This document shows, piece by piece, positions 1 to 9,265 of a DNA stretch of 32,497 nt. Under the pieces are notes generated by a model. It ran no database searches, was not told the origin of the DNA, and was given only the letters and a program-made list of their open reading frames with translations. Both the position numbers and the translations under genes were made by a program. Source of the DNA: Escherichia phage vB_EcoM-569R9; the sequence record ON470601; one strand, given 5' to 3'. Position 1 is the stretch's first letter. Each line of letters begins with the position of its first letter.

Positions 1-699
1 TCATGAAGCAGAAACCATCAGATAGCCGCGACCACGCAAGGTTTTAAACCACGGGTGACCATCTTTACGATCCGGCAGTTTACGACGCAGGTTGGAAATG
101 TGCATATCGATAGCGCGGTCGAAAGGCGTCAGGCGCTTGCCCAGCACTTCCTGGCTTAAATGCTCACGGGAAACCACCTGACCCAGATGCTGTGCCAGCA
201 AATAGAGCAGGGTAAACTCCGTACCGGTTAACTCCAGCGTTTGCCCGTCGAAGGTGGCTTCCTGGCGACCAGGATTGAGACTTAAGGCATCAACTTCCAG
301 TGTCGGTGAACCGTTGTCGTTGTTTTGCTGTTGTTCGCTCCAGTGCGAACGGCGCAGGATCGCGCGAATACGTGCCACCAGCTCACGATCATTAAACGGT
401 TTCGGGAGATAGTCATCTGCGCCCAGCTCAAGGCCGAGAACGCGATCAAGTTCACTGCCGCGCGCCGTCAACATAATGACAGGCGTCTGGTGTGTCTGGC
501 GAAGTGCTTTTAATGTGTCGATACCATTTTTCTTCGGCATCATTACATCAAGCAAAAGTAAATCAATGCTGTCGTCCAGAAGATCAAGCGCCTGTTCCCC
601 ATCGTGGGCAACAATCACGTTGAAGCCTTCCATCTCGAGCAGCTCCTTTAATAGGGAAGTCAGCTCTCGGTCATCATCAACTAACAGGATTTTATTCAT
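1..699 (-). CDS. cpxR: CpxR, OmpR-family response regulator of the Cpx envelope stress two-component system; complete gene with stop at nt 1-3
   Basis: 232-aa ORF; N-terminal receiver domain (MNKILLVDDD...DVMMPKKNG) and C-terminal winged-helix; matches the E. coli CpxR sequence as I recall it apart from a couple of substitutions. Confidence 0.95.
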   Translation of the reverse strand: MNKILLVDDDRELTSLLKELLEMEGFNVIVAHDGEQALDLLDDSIDLLLLDVMMPKKNGIDTLKALRQTHQTPVIMLTARGSELDRVLGLELGADDYLPKPFNDRELVARIRAILRRSHWSEQQQNNDNGSPTLEVDALSLNPGRQEATFDGQTLELTGTEFTLLYLLAQHLGQVVSREHLSQEVLGKRLTPFDRAIDMHISNLRRKLPDRKDGHPWFKTLRGRGYLMVSAS

Positions 700-754
700 T
701 GTTTAAATACCTCCGAGGCAGAAATTACGTCATCAGACGTCGCTAATCCATGAC

Positions 755-769
755 TTTACGTTGTTTTAC
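755..769. promoter_or_regulatory. CpxR box (GTAAA-N5-GTAAA, read on the minus strand) in the divergent cpxR/cpxP intergenic region; an additional GTAAA half-site lies at 800-804
   Basis: Plus strand reads TTTACgttgtTTTAC, whose reverse complement is GTAAAacaacGTAAA; location between divergent cpxR and cpxP. Confidence 0.6.
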
Positions 770-845
770 ACCCCCTGACGCATGTTTGCAGCCTGAATCG
801 TAAACTCTCTATCGTTGAATCGCGACAGAAAGATTTTGGGAGCAA

Positions 846-1349
846 ATGATGCGCATAGTTACCGCTGCCGTCATGGCCTCAACGCTGGCAGTCAGTTCAT
901 TAAGCCACGCTGCTGAAGTCGGTTCAGGCGATAACTGGCATCCGGGTGAAGAACTTACGCAGCGCAGTACGCAGAGCCATATGTTCGACGGCATAAGTTT
1001 AACCGAACATCAGCGTCAGCAGATGCGAGATCTTATGCAACAGGCCCGGCACGAACAGCCTCCTGTTAATGTTAGCGAACTGGAGACAATGCATCGCCTT
1101 GTCACCGCAGAAAATTTTGATGAAAACGCTGTGCGCGCACAGGCAGAAAAAATGGCGAATGAGCAAATTGCTCGTCAGGTTGAGATGGCAAAAGTCCGCA
1201 ACCAAATGTATCGCCTGTTAACGCCGGAGCAGCAAGCGGTTTTAAACGAGAAACATCAACAACGAATGGAGCAGTTGCGCGACGTGACGCAATGGCAAAA
1301 AAGTTCATCGTTGAAGCTATTGAGTAGTAGCAACTCACGTTCCCAGTAG
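846..1349 (+). CDS. cpxP: CpxP, periplasmic inhibitor/chaperone of the Cpx pathway (annotated start may be the second ATG at 849)
   Basis: 167-aa ORF with signal peptide ([21 protein letters not shown]) and LTXXQ-type motifs; divergent from cpxR. Confidence 0.93.
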
Positions 1350-1389
1350 TAAACCCTGTTTTCCTTGCCATAGACACCATCCCTGTCTT

Positions 1390-1417
1390 CCCCCACATGA
1401 TGTGGGGGTTTTTTTTA
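1390..1417 (+). terminator. Rho-independent terminator of cpxP
   Basis: Hairpin CCCCCACAtgaTGTGGGGG followed by a run of eight T. Confidence 0.8.
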
Positions 1418-1502
1418 TCAATTACTTACATGCAATAGAAAGTAAAAACAGGTACTTATCGAAAGCTGTAAGGGTTTGGAGCGGTTTCAAAATTTCTTGA
1501 GT

Positions 1503-1521
1503 GTGGACACTATGTGGACAC
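1503..1521 (+). promoter_or_regulatory. Two direct TGTGGACA repeats (Int arm-type binding sites) on the attL side, adjacent to int
   Basis: TGTGGACActaTGTGGACA, 11-bp periodicity; the same motif pair recurs at 32430-32448; matches the P2 Int arm-site consensus as I recall it. Confidence 0.6.
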
Positions 1522-1535
1522 TCAGAGGGGGAAAT

Positions 1536-2546
1536 TTATAACGTCACTCCGCCTTTTAGTGGATTCAGAGCGACGGCATTTTGCAGATAGTCAGGCGCAA
1601 GGTGCGCATAGGCCATCGTCTGCTGAATGCTCGCATGTCCCAGAATCTGTTGCAGTGCGATTATATTGCCCCCATTCATCATGAAATGGCTTGCGAATGT
1701 ATGTCGCAGGATGTGGGTTGCCTGATTGGGTGGTATATCAGGTTTCACTCTGCGTAAAATCCCGCAAAATTTCTCATAATCAACTTTGAATAATTTGGCG
1801 CTGGCCTCCTCTTTAACTTTTTTCTCCAGTTCCTCAGAAATCGGCACGGTTCGCTTTTTACCGTTTTTGGTTTTCAGGAAGGTAACCCTGCAATTTGTAA
1901 TCTGTGCTGGTTTTAGCGTGGCAACTTCCGTCCATCTTCCTCCAGTGCTCAGACATAAAAGCGCGACAAGTAAGTCATCACCAGCCAAAACATTTAACAG
2001 TTTTTCGATTTCTGCTTTTTCCAGGAACGTCATTTCAGGGTTGGCCTCCGCCAGTGGCGGCAGTCCGTGAATTGGGTGTTGCCCGGAAAATTCATCCAAT
2101 TGAATTAATTTTGTGAACATGCCGGATAATCGGTATATGTCACGGTTTATCGTTGCGGCACTGATACCATCACGTAGTCGCATGGAACGATAATCCATCA
2201 AAGCCCTTTTGCTCATCCTGCTCACTGGTATATCACCTATGCCGCTGATGGTTTTGAGTAGATGATTAAACTCTTTTGTTCCATGCTCGTGGTTTTGCCC
2301 GTGATATTTCCACCAGATGTCCAGCAACTCACTCAAAGTCCGGCGGTCTGCTCGCTGGCCTCCCCATTCTTTCTGACTGGCATTGGCGATTGTGTATCGC
2401 TCAAATGCTAGTGCTTCAGCTTTTCTTTCGAATTTCCTGCGGATGCGTTTTCCGTCGCGACCGCGAGGTCTAATGTCCACTTCATAGCGACCATCATCGA
2501 GCTTCTTAATTGCCATAAGAAAGCCCTCCGGCGCTGTATTCACCAT
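1536..2546 (-). CDS. int: Tyrosine site-specific integrase (P2 Int-like); alternative start at the Met of MAIKKLDDGRYEV (nt 2516)
   Basis: 336-aa ORF; C-terminal catalytic region with R...HxxR...Y context (ILRHTFASHFMMNGGNIIALQQILGHASIQQTMAYAHL); position at prophage end next to repressor. Confidence 0.9.
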   Translation of the reverse strand: MVNTAPEGFLMAIKKLDDGRYEVDIRPRGRDGKRIRRKFERKAEALAFERYTIANASQKEWGGQRADRRTLSELLDIWWKYHGQNHEHGTKEFNHLLKTISGIGDIPVSRMSKRALMDYRSMRLRDGISAATINRDIYRLSGMFTKLIQLDEFSGQHPIHGLPPLAEANPEMTFLEKAEIEKLLNVLAGDDLLVALLCLSTGGRWTEVATLKPAQITNCRVTFLKTKNGKKRTVPISEELEKKVKEEASAKLFKVDYEKFCGILRRVKPDIPPNQATHILRHTFASHFMMNGGNIIALQQILGHASIQQTMAYAHLAPDYLQNAVALNPLKGGVTL

Positions 2547-2585
2547 CTTGGTAGCAAATGATGAAAATGTAATCTTTATATAGAG

Positions 2586-2879
2586 TTAGCCAATCCTTTT
2601 CGCGGAGTGGTTGGACTCTGTTGACTCTGGCCCAATGTGCGCGAGAGCCGGTGCGATTTGTCCTGCGTCCGGCGCGGTTTTATCTGTCATAAGCCATAGA
2701 GCATATTTTTGGAATGTGGGATGCATAGTGATTTTTAGCAAAGCTGTGCCACCGGGTTCAAAGTTTCCTCCTTCATATTTTTTAAGTGTACTTAGTGGTA
2801 AGTCTATGATTTCACAGAATTTTGATTGGCTTAGCCCTTCAGCCTCACGCAAGGCCTTAATCTTTTCGCTTAATTTCAT
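2586..2879 (-). CDS. C: Immunity repressor C (P2 C-like)
   Basis: 97-aa ORF, divergent from cox; HTH-like N-terminus; C-terminal GQIAPALAH segment resembling P2 C; canonical position. Confidence 0.8.
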   Translation of the reverse strand: MKLSEKIKALREAEGLSQSKFCEIIDLPLSTLKKYEGGNFEPGGTALLKITMHPTFQKYALWLMTDKTAPDAGQIAPALAHIGPESTESNHSAKRIG

Positions 2880-2938
2880 TTGACATGGTGCCTATATAGG
2901 GACTAAATTCCCTCAAAACTGGAACCTATATAGGTTCC
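2880..2938. promoter_or_regulatory. Early promoter Pe and repressor operators: -35 TTGACA (2880-2885), -10 TAAATT (2904-2909), two copies of palindrome CCTATATAGG (2891-2900 and 2925-2934, the second within the perfect 18-bp palindrome GGAACCTATATAGGTTCC)
   Basis: Read directly; two operator half-sites flanking the -10 element mirror the P2 O1/O2 arrangement, though here they are palindromic. Confidence 0.55.
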
Positions 2939-3000
2939 ATTGATTTGAGAATAAACCAGCGTCTAAACGGTTTTGAGTGGTTTAGAAAGGGCTGGATCCT

Positions 3001-3288
3001 ATGAGGGTACCATATATGGACGCTGAAAATTATGTGATTCAGTATCCGCTGGATGCGGTTCATGTGGATAAATTTGCTGATTTATTAGGGAAGCCAAAGA
3101 CAGCCGTCAGTGAAATGGTGAAGGCAAATAAATTACCAATTATTGAATTACGTGATCCTTGCAAACCGAAGGCTCGTGCCGGTGAAAAATGGGTTTTCAT
3201 TCCTGAGTTTAATCGCGCTGTACGTGAGGCGTTTTATAACCGACCGGTTGAACAGCGTGATGCATGGCTTTTGTGGATGGGGTTGTGA
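3001..3288 (+). CDS. cox: Cox-like excisionase/transcriptional repressor of Pc
   Basis: 95-aa ORF, first gene of the early rightward operon, divergent from C; weak resemblance to P2 Cox; position. Confidence 0.7.
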   Translation: MRVPYMDAENYVIQYPLDAVHVDKFADLLGKPKTAVSEMVKANKLPIIELRDPCKPKARAGEKWVFIPEFNRAVREAFYNRPVEQRDAWLLWMGL

Positions 3289-3290
3289 TT

Positions 3291-3461
3291 ATGAATGAGC
3301 CGCGTTGTATTGCTCAGTTATTGCGTAACGAAAGCCCCAGGGCGATTGACTTCACCATCACCCACGGGAAGGGACGCAAGGGAATCATTATCCGCACCAA
3401 AAAACAGAGTCCGTTAAAGAAGGCTCTGACCTTTCTGAAAAGCCGGAGAGTCTGGAAATGA
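3291..3461 (+). CDS. Small hypothetical early protein (P2 orf78 position)
   Basis: ORF beginning MNEPRCIAQLL between cox and B; overlaps the B start. Confidence 0.45.
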   Translation: MNEPRCIAQLLRNESPRAIDFTITHGKGRKGIIIRTKKQSPLKKALTFLKSRRVWK

Positions 3462-3958
3462 CAGTGATGACGCTTAATCTCGTTGAAAAACAGCCAGCAG
3501 CTATGCGCCGGATAATTGGTAAGCATCTGGCCGTCCCTCGCTGGCAGGATACATGTGATTATTATAATCAGATGATGGAACGCGAACGGCTAACGGTTTG
3601 CTTTCATGCGCAGTTAAAACAACGTCATGCAACGATGCGTTTTGAAGAAATGAACGACGTCGAACGTGAACGGCTGGTTTGTGCAATTGATGAATTGCGT
3701 GGGGCATTCTCAAAACGCCGTCAGGTTGGCGCAAGTGAGTATGCATATATTAGTTTTTTAACAGTCAGTCAGCGTCGTACTTTATTTATGCATGCCGGAT
3801 TGACTGAAAAAGAATTCAACCAGCCATACTGGCGCATTAATGAAGAATCATGTTACTGGCGTGATGCTTTATTCCGTGCATTACGTGAATTATTCAGTCT
3901 GTTTGAGTATGCACCGACAATTCTGACGTCGGTAAAACCAGAGCAATATCTGCATTAA
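3458..3958 (+). CDS. B: Replication protein B (P2 B-like)
   Basis: 166-aa ORF in canonical position between cox and A; size matches P2 B. Confidence 0.75.
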   Translation: MTVMTLNLVEKQPAAMRRIIGKHLAVPRWQDTCDYYNQMMERERLTVCFHAQLKQRHATMRFEEMNDVERERLVCAIDELRGAFSKRRQVGASEYAYISFLTVSQRRTLFMHAGLTEKEFNQPYWRINEESCYWRDALFRALRELFSLFEYAPTILTSVKPEQYLH

Positions 3959-4021
3959 GTAATTAACCAGAGTTTTTAACGCACTTAATTGTGCGGGGCT
4001 TCTTTTTGCCTGGAGAAAGTC

Positions 4022-4246
4022 ATGCATACAGTTTCTGAAAATCAGTGCGGTAAATACGCATTACTGCTGCAACAGGCCAGAACCGAAGCACAGGCCGACG
4101 CAGCGACGCGCTTTTCTTCTCATCTTGACGCCATGATTCGCCACATCACAAAGGCGGAGTTATCCCGCGTGGAGATAGTCGAGCTGCTCAGTCAGGAGTC
4201 GGAAAAATTTCACAATATCGGATTGTCTCGCGGGGAGGTGCTTTGA
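4022..4246 (+). CDS. Hypothetical early protein (P2 orf80 position)
   Basis: ORF with RBS GGAGAAAG upstream of ATG at 4022; translationally coupled to the next ORF. Confidence 0.5.
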   Translation: MHTVSENQCGKYALLLQQARTEAQADAATRFSSHLDAMIRHITKAELSRVEIVELLSQESEKFHNIGLSRGEVL

Positions 4247-4545
4247 TGTCCTGTTCTCATTCAGTTGTATTACTGAATAACGCCTTAAAAATCGCCGTTA
4301 TGGAAAATGGTGATTTGTCTCTTATTCAACTTTGTCTTGATAAAGAAAAACGCGACATAACTGAATCTGTTATCGCGATTTATCAGAATGAATTAAACCT
4401 CCTGTCTGATGTGGTCAATTTACTTGTTAAACGTGCTGTATTCCACAAGCAAATTTCCTCAGTGGATGAACTGACAAAATTAACGACAGAACTCGCCAGT
4501 TATTGCGCTGATGTATCCAGGAAACTTAACGATAAAAGGAGCTGA
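4243..4545 (+). CDS. Hypothetical early protein (P2 orf81 position)
   Basis: 100-aa ORF, ATGA overlap with upstream ORF, RBS AAAGGAG before the next gene. Confidence 0.5.
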   Translation: MMSCSHSVVLLNNALKIAVMENGDLSLIQLCLDKEKRDITESVIAIYQNELNLLSDVVNLLVKRAVFHKQISSVDELTKLTTELASYCADVSRKLNDKRS

Positions 4546-4547
4546 TA

Positions 4548-4772
4548 ATGCCGGACAACGTAGATTTTATTCAGGAACAACAGGCTGAATTACTGGAGCG
4601 CCAGATTAACGCGGCAAGGGGTAAACATTGCGGTGTTTCTTCGCTGGTTTGCGAAGAGTGTGACGCTCCAATACCTGCTGCCCGTCGTGCGGCTTATCCG
4701 TCAGCCACGCGTTGTGTTTCCTGTCAGTCAGTCTTTGAAGCAAAAAACAAACATTACCGGAGAACGGCATGA
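4548..4772 (+). CDS. TraR/DksA-family C4 zinc-finger protein (P2 orf82-like)
   Basis: 74-aa ORF with CxxC...CxxC (CEECD...CVSC) arrangement typical of TraR/DksA zinc fingers. Confidence 0.7.
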   Translation: MPDNVDFIQEQQAELLERQINAARGKHCGVSSLVCEECDAPIPAARRAAYPSATRCVSCQSVFEAKNKHYRRTA

Positions 4773-5044
4773 GTATTCGTATTGAAATTGGCGAACGTTA
4801 TGTCGTTACCAGTGACAGCTTTCAGTTTATTCTCCACGAGAAAAAGAGAGCGGAAAGCGGTAAAAACGCCGGTCAGGAATGGCTGGCGGTGGTTGGTTAT
4901 TACCCGAAATTAAGCCAGCTCGTTTCCGGCCTGATGCATCACGATATTCTGACCGGAAGCGCAACGTCTTTTGCTGATTTAAACGCGCAGGTTGAGCAAC
5001 TCAGCAAGCGTTGTTCAGAGGCTTTTGGCTCATATGGCCGTTAA
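4769..5044 (+). CDS. Hypothetical early protein (P2 orf83 position)
   Basis: 91-aa ORF, overlaps the start of A. Confidence 0.5.
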   Translation: MSIRIEIGERYVVTSDSFQFILHEKKRAESGKNAGQEWLAVVGYYPKLSQLVSGLMHHDILTGSATSFADLNAQVEQLSKRCSEAFGSYGR

Positions 5045-7316
5045 AGCCTCCGGGCGTTTTGTCCCTCCGTCAGCATTTGCCGCAGGCACCGGTGAGACGT
5101 TTACCGGTGCTTATGCATGGAACGCGCCACGCGAGGCCGTCGGGCGCGAAAGACCCCTTACACGTGACGAGATGCGTCAGGTGCAAGGTGTTTTATCCAC
5201 GATTAATCGCCTGCCTTACTTTTTGCGCTCGCTGTTTACTTCACGCTATGACTACATCCGGCGCAATAAAAGCCCGGTGCACGGGTTTTATTTCCTCACA
5301 TCCACTTTTCAGCGTCGTTTATGGCCGCGCATTGAGCGCGTTAATCAGCGCCATGAAATGAACACCGACGCGTCGTTGCTGTTTCTGGCAGAGCGTGACC
5401 ACTATGCGCGCCTGCCGGGAATGAATGACAAGGAGCTGAAAAAGTTTGCCGCCCGTATCTCATCGCAGCTTTTCATGATGTATGAGGAACTCAGCGATGC
5501 CTGGGTGGATGCGCATGGCGAAAAAGAATCACTGTTTACGGATGAGGCTCAGGCTCACCTGTATGGTCATGTTGCTGGCGCTGCACGAGCTTTCAATATT
5601 TCCCCTCTCTACTGGAAAAAATACCGTAAAGGACAGATGACCACGAGGCAGGCTTATTCTGCCATTGCCCGTCTGTTTAACGATGAGTGGTGGACTCATC
5701 AGCTTAAAGGCCAGCGTATGCGCTGGCATGAGGCGTTACTGATTGCTGTCGGGGAGGTCAATAAAGACCGTTCTCCTTATGCCAGTAAACATGCCATTCG
5801 TGATGTGCGTGCGCGCCGCCAGGCAAATCTGGAGTTTCTTAAATCATGTGACCTTGAAAACAGGGAAACCGGCGAGCGCATCGACCTTATCAGTAAGGTG
5901 ATGGGCAGTATTTCTAATCCTGAAATTCGCCGGATGGAGCTGATGAACACCATTGCCGGTATTGAGCGTTACGCCGCCGCAGAGGGTGATGTGGGGATGT
6001 TTATCACGCTGACCACGCCGTCAAAGTATCACCCGACACGTCAGGTCGGAAAAGGAGAAAGTAAAACCGTCCAGCTTAATCACGGCTGGAACGATGAGGC
6101 ATTTAATCCAAAGGATGCGCAGCGTTATCTCTGCCGCATCTGGAGCCTGATGCGCACGGCATTCAAGGATAATGATTTACAGGTCTACGGTTTGCGTGTC
6201 GTCGAGCCCCACCACGACGGAACGCCGCACTGGCATATGATGCTTTTTTGTCATCCACGCCAGCGTAACCAGATTATCGAAATCATGCGTCGCTATGCGC
6301 TCAAAGAGGATGGTGACGAAAGAGGAGCCGCGCGAAACCGTTTTCAGGCAAAGCACCTTAACCGGGGCGGTGCTGCGGGATATATCGCGAAATACATTTC
6401 AAAAAACATCGACGGCTATGCACTGGATGGTCAGCTCGATAACGATACCGGCAGGCCGCTGAAAGACACTGCCGCGGCTGTTACCGCATGGGCGTCAACG
6501 TGGCGCATTCCGCAATTTAAAACGGTTGGCCTGCCGACAATGGGGGCTTACCGTGAACTACGCAAATTGCCTCGCGGCGTCAGCATTGCTGATGAGTTTG
6601 ACGAACGCGTCGAGGCTGCACGCGCTGCCGCAGACAGTGGTGATTTTGCGTTGTATATCAGCGCGCAGGGTGGGGCAAATGTTCCGCGCGATTGTCAGAC
6701 TGTCAGGGTTGCCCGTAGCCCGTCGGATGAAGTTAACGAGTACGAGGAAGAAGTCGAGAGAGTGGTCGGCATTTACGCGCCGCATCTCGGCGCGCGTCAT
6801 ATTCATATCACCAGAACGACGGACTGGCGCATTGTTCCGAAAGTGCCGGTCGTTGAGCCTTTGACTTTAAAAAGCGGCATCGCCGCGCCTCGGAGTCCTG
6901 TCAATAACTGTGGAAAGCTCACCGGTGGTGATACTTCGTTACCGGCTCCCACGCCTTCTGAGCACGCCGCAGCAGTGCTTAATCTGGTTGATGACGGTGT
7001 TATCGAATGGAATGACCCGGAGGTCGTGAGGGCGCTCAGGGGCGCATTAAAACACGGCCTGAGAAGACCAAACCGTCAGCAAAGAAACGGAAGCCCGTTA
7101 AAACCGCATGAAATAGCGCCATCGGCCAGACTGACCCGGTCGGAAAGAATGCAAATTACCCGTATCCGCGTTGACCTTGCTCAGAACGGTATCAGGCCGC
7201 AGCGATGGGAGCTTGAGGCGCTGGCGCGTGGTGCGACCGTAAATTACAACGGGAAAAAATTTACGTATCCGGTCGCTGATGAGTGGAGTTGGTTTTATTG
7301 TTATTCAGAGCAATAA
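5034..7316 (+). CDS. A: Replication initiation endonuclease A (rolling-circle Rep, P2 A-like)
   Basis: About 760-aa product starting MAVKASGRF; contains HUH-type region (PHWHMML) and catalytic tyrosine region (GYIAKYISKN); canonical position. Confidence 0.9.
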   Translation: MAVKASGRFVPPSAFAAGTGETFTGAYAWNAPREAVGRERPLTRDEMRQVQGVLSTINRLPYFLRSLFTSRYDYIRRNKSPVHGFYFLTSTFQRRLWPRIERVNQRHEMNTDASLLFLAERDHYARLPGMNDKELKKFAARISSQLFMMYEELSDAWVDAHGEKESLFTDEAQAHLYGHVAGAARAFNISPLYWKKYRKGQMTTRQAYSAIARLFNDEWWTHQLKGQRMRWHEALLIAVGEVNKDRSPYASKHAIRDVRARRQANLEFLKSCDLENRETGERIDLISKVMGSISNPEIRRMELMNTIAGIERYAAAEGDVGMFITLTTPSKYHPTRQVGKGESKTVQLNHGWNDEAFNPKDAQRYLCRIWSLMRTAFKDNDLQVYGLRVVEPHHDGTPHWHMMLFCHPRQRNQIIEIMRRYALKEDGDERGAARNRFQAKHLNRGGAAGYIAKYISKNIDGYALDGQLDNDTGRPLKDTAAAVTAWASTWRIPQFKTVGLPTMGAYRELRKLPRGVSIADEFDERVEAARAAADSGDFALYISAQGGANVPRDCQTVRVARSPSDEVNEYEEEVERVVGIYAPHLGARHIHITRTTDWRIVPKVPVVEPLTLKSGIAAPRSPVNNCGKLTGGDTSLPAPTPSEHAAAVLNLVDDGVIEWNDPEVVRALRGALKHGLRRPNRQQRNGSPLKPHEIAPSARLTRSERMQITRIRVDLAQNGIRPQRWELEALARGATVNYNGKKFTYPVADEWSWFYCYSEQ

Positions 7317-7388
7317 ACATCTGATTTAATTTGTTGCATAATAGTAAAATTGCTGTTTATCTGCATGTGTTAACTATTGATAATTATG

Positions 7389-7416
7389 TTGCTAATAATG
7401 TGTGCAAATTTATACT
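7389..7416 (+). promoter_or_regulatory. Putative sigma70 promoter for the hotspot cargo gene: -35 TTGCTA (7389-7394), 16-bp spacer, -10 TATACT (7411-7416)
   Basis: Hexamers read from sequence; followed by RBS AGGTG and ATG at 7433. Confidence 0.3.
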
Positions 7417-7432
7417 GAAAAAGGTGAAAACG

Positions 7433-9265
7433 ATGAATGATATCTTTGTTCTTACAAGGGAAGAGCTTGAAACACTAGATTATAGTGTTTTTATGCATAT
7501 ACCAGTTACATTTCATGCACATAAAATAAAAAAATATCTGGATGGGATTGCTGAATCATCAGAAAACCCCAAAGAGAAAAAATTAGCATCTCTTTTTGGT
7601 ATGCTATATAGTTTCAATTTGCAAGTTGTTAACAACACTCCATCATTTGAACCCCAAATGATTTGGGGTAATAAAAGATCAATATTGCCTGAAGATTTTG
7701 ATGAGCAGGTGAATGACTGTCTTTTATATGTTTCTCAAAAAATAACCAATCCATTTTTGTTATCAAGAATATATGATGTTGTTTGGTGTAATAATCGGAA
7801 AAATAAAGACGTGGCAATTAAAGCAATTGATTCCTATGCTGAAATGCTAAATATAGCAATTGAAAAGCTAATAATAAAAAACGAAAGCATGGATGAAAGT
7901 GATTTAAATTGCTTTATTTTTGCTCGTGATTATATTGCTAGGGCTTTGCACATTAATAAAATGGTCTACCCTAGAAAATCAGAAGGAAACATGGCGATTA
8001 AAAATGCCATTCATTCTCTTTATAGTATTCAAAATGAAAGATTAATCTTTGAAGGTTTCAATAATTTGACTTGGTTTATGGTGCGTGATTTTGATGGGTA
8101 TAATCTGCAGTATGCGGAAAATGCTGAGAAGATGGCTGAGCAGCATAAAGATAAAAAATATTATGATGCTGTAAAATCACTTTATATGACAAGTGCAGTT
8201 ATTTATGAAAAAAATGGTGAGTATGAACGTGCCAAGAGATGTAAACTGGCATCTGCAAATATTACTATTAAAGTTGCAACAGATCGACCTGATAATATGG
8301 GTAAGATCTCTTGGTTAAGAACAGCTATCTCTGAATTAAGACAGTACGGTGGTGATAGCCAACAGATAGAAGATTTAAAGGAACAACTTGCTAATTTGAG
8401 AGAAGAAGTAAGGAGTGAATATGTCACTTTAAGCCATTCTATTGATATTAGTGACTTGGTTGCTGAAAGTGAAAAAAAACTGACGGGGCGTTCTTTGCCC
8501 GATATATTCAAAGTTTTAATGAGTGAAACACCGATTGAAAATATTGAAAGCATGAGGGAACAAGTTTTAAAATTATCAGAAAAAAGTTTATTCTCTAGTT
8601 TTGTTGGAACAGAAATTAATGATGAGAGTGGGCGTAAGATATATACAATCCCGCCGTTGGATAATAAAAAAGATATGAGTGATGATGTTGTTATTGATCA
8701 ATATCTAAGAAATTTCGAGATTACTCATAAGATTTTTGTAAACGGTGTCTTTGAACCTGCTCGCTATGTACTTTCTCAAGAACATGGCTTGACGTTGTCA
8801 ACATTCGTTAAATTGGTTACAACTAGTCCAATTGTCAAGCCGGAGTTTAGGGAGATTTTTAATTTGGGCTTTTACAAATTATGGCAGGGAGATTACATCA
8901 GTGCAGCTTATCTTTTAATACCACAAATGGAAGGTATGGTTCGTTATTATTATGAGCTTAGCGGAAAGGATGCTACTAGATATTTGGATAAGGGATTAGA
9001 GGAGTCAACAAGTATTTCTCAGCTTCTAGATAAATGCAGAGATGATTTGGAAAGTATCTTTTCTAAAAATCTTGTTTTGACTATCGATGTTCTTTTTAAC
9101 AGAAAGAGTGGGGCAACCTTAAGACATAAATTAGCACATGGTAATTTATATACTAATGCTTGTTACGATGAAACAACGACATATGCATGCATCCTGATTT
9201 TCTTTCTGTGTGCTTATCCTCTCCTACCATATTTTGATACTGTTTTTGAACAGGGCTCTGTTTGA
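7433..9265 (+). CDS. Orphan ~610-aa cargo protein in the P2 tin/old hotspot; candidate anti-phage defence (abortive infection) protein with C-terminal HEPN-like R-x4-H-G motif (LRHKLAHG)
   Basis: Single long ORF (frame open from 7331; RBS-supported start 7433); AT-rich relative to the backbone; located exactly between A and cos; no Walker A motif so not Old-like; not Tin size. Confidence 0.6.
   Translation: MNDIFVLTREELETLDYSVFMHIPVTFHAHKIKKYLDGIAESSENPKEKKLASLFGMLYSFNLQVVNNTPSFEPQMIWGNKRSILPEDFDEQVNDCLLYVSQKITNPFLLSRIYDVVWCNNRKNKDVAIKAIDSYAEMLNIAIEKLIIKNESMDESDLNCFIFARDYIARALHINKMVYPRKSEGNMAIKNAIHSLYSIQNERLIFEGFNNLTWFMVRDFDGYNLQYAENAEKMAEQHKDKKYYDAVKSLYMTSAVIYEKNGEYERAKRCKLASANITIKVATDRPDNMGKISWLRTAISELRQYGGDSQQIEDLKEQLANLREEVRSEYVTLSHSIDISDLVAESEKKLTGRSLPDIFKVLMSETPIENIESMREQVLKLSEKSLFSSFVGTEINDESGRKIYTIPPLDNKKDMSDDVVIDQYLRNFEITHKIFVNGVFEPARYVLSQEHGLTLSTFVKLVTTSPIVKPEFREIFNLGFYKLWQGDYISAAYLLIPQMEGMVRYYYELSGKDATRYLDKGLEESTSISQLLDKCRDDLESIFSKNLVLTIDVLFNRKSGATLRHKLAHGNLYTNACYDETTTYACILIFFLCAYPLLPYFDTVFEQGSV

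Noticed and set aside
7629-8553. Minus-strand ORFs 7629-7817 and 8203-8553 inside the hotspot gene
   Set aside because: Fully embedded antisense to a long, well-supported ORF; no independent signals
7433-9265. Identification of the hotspot gene as P2 old or tin
   Set aside because: No Walker A/P-loop ATPase motif (Old has one) and far too large for Tin; the sequence is unrelated as far as I can judge
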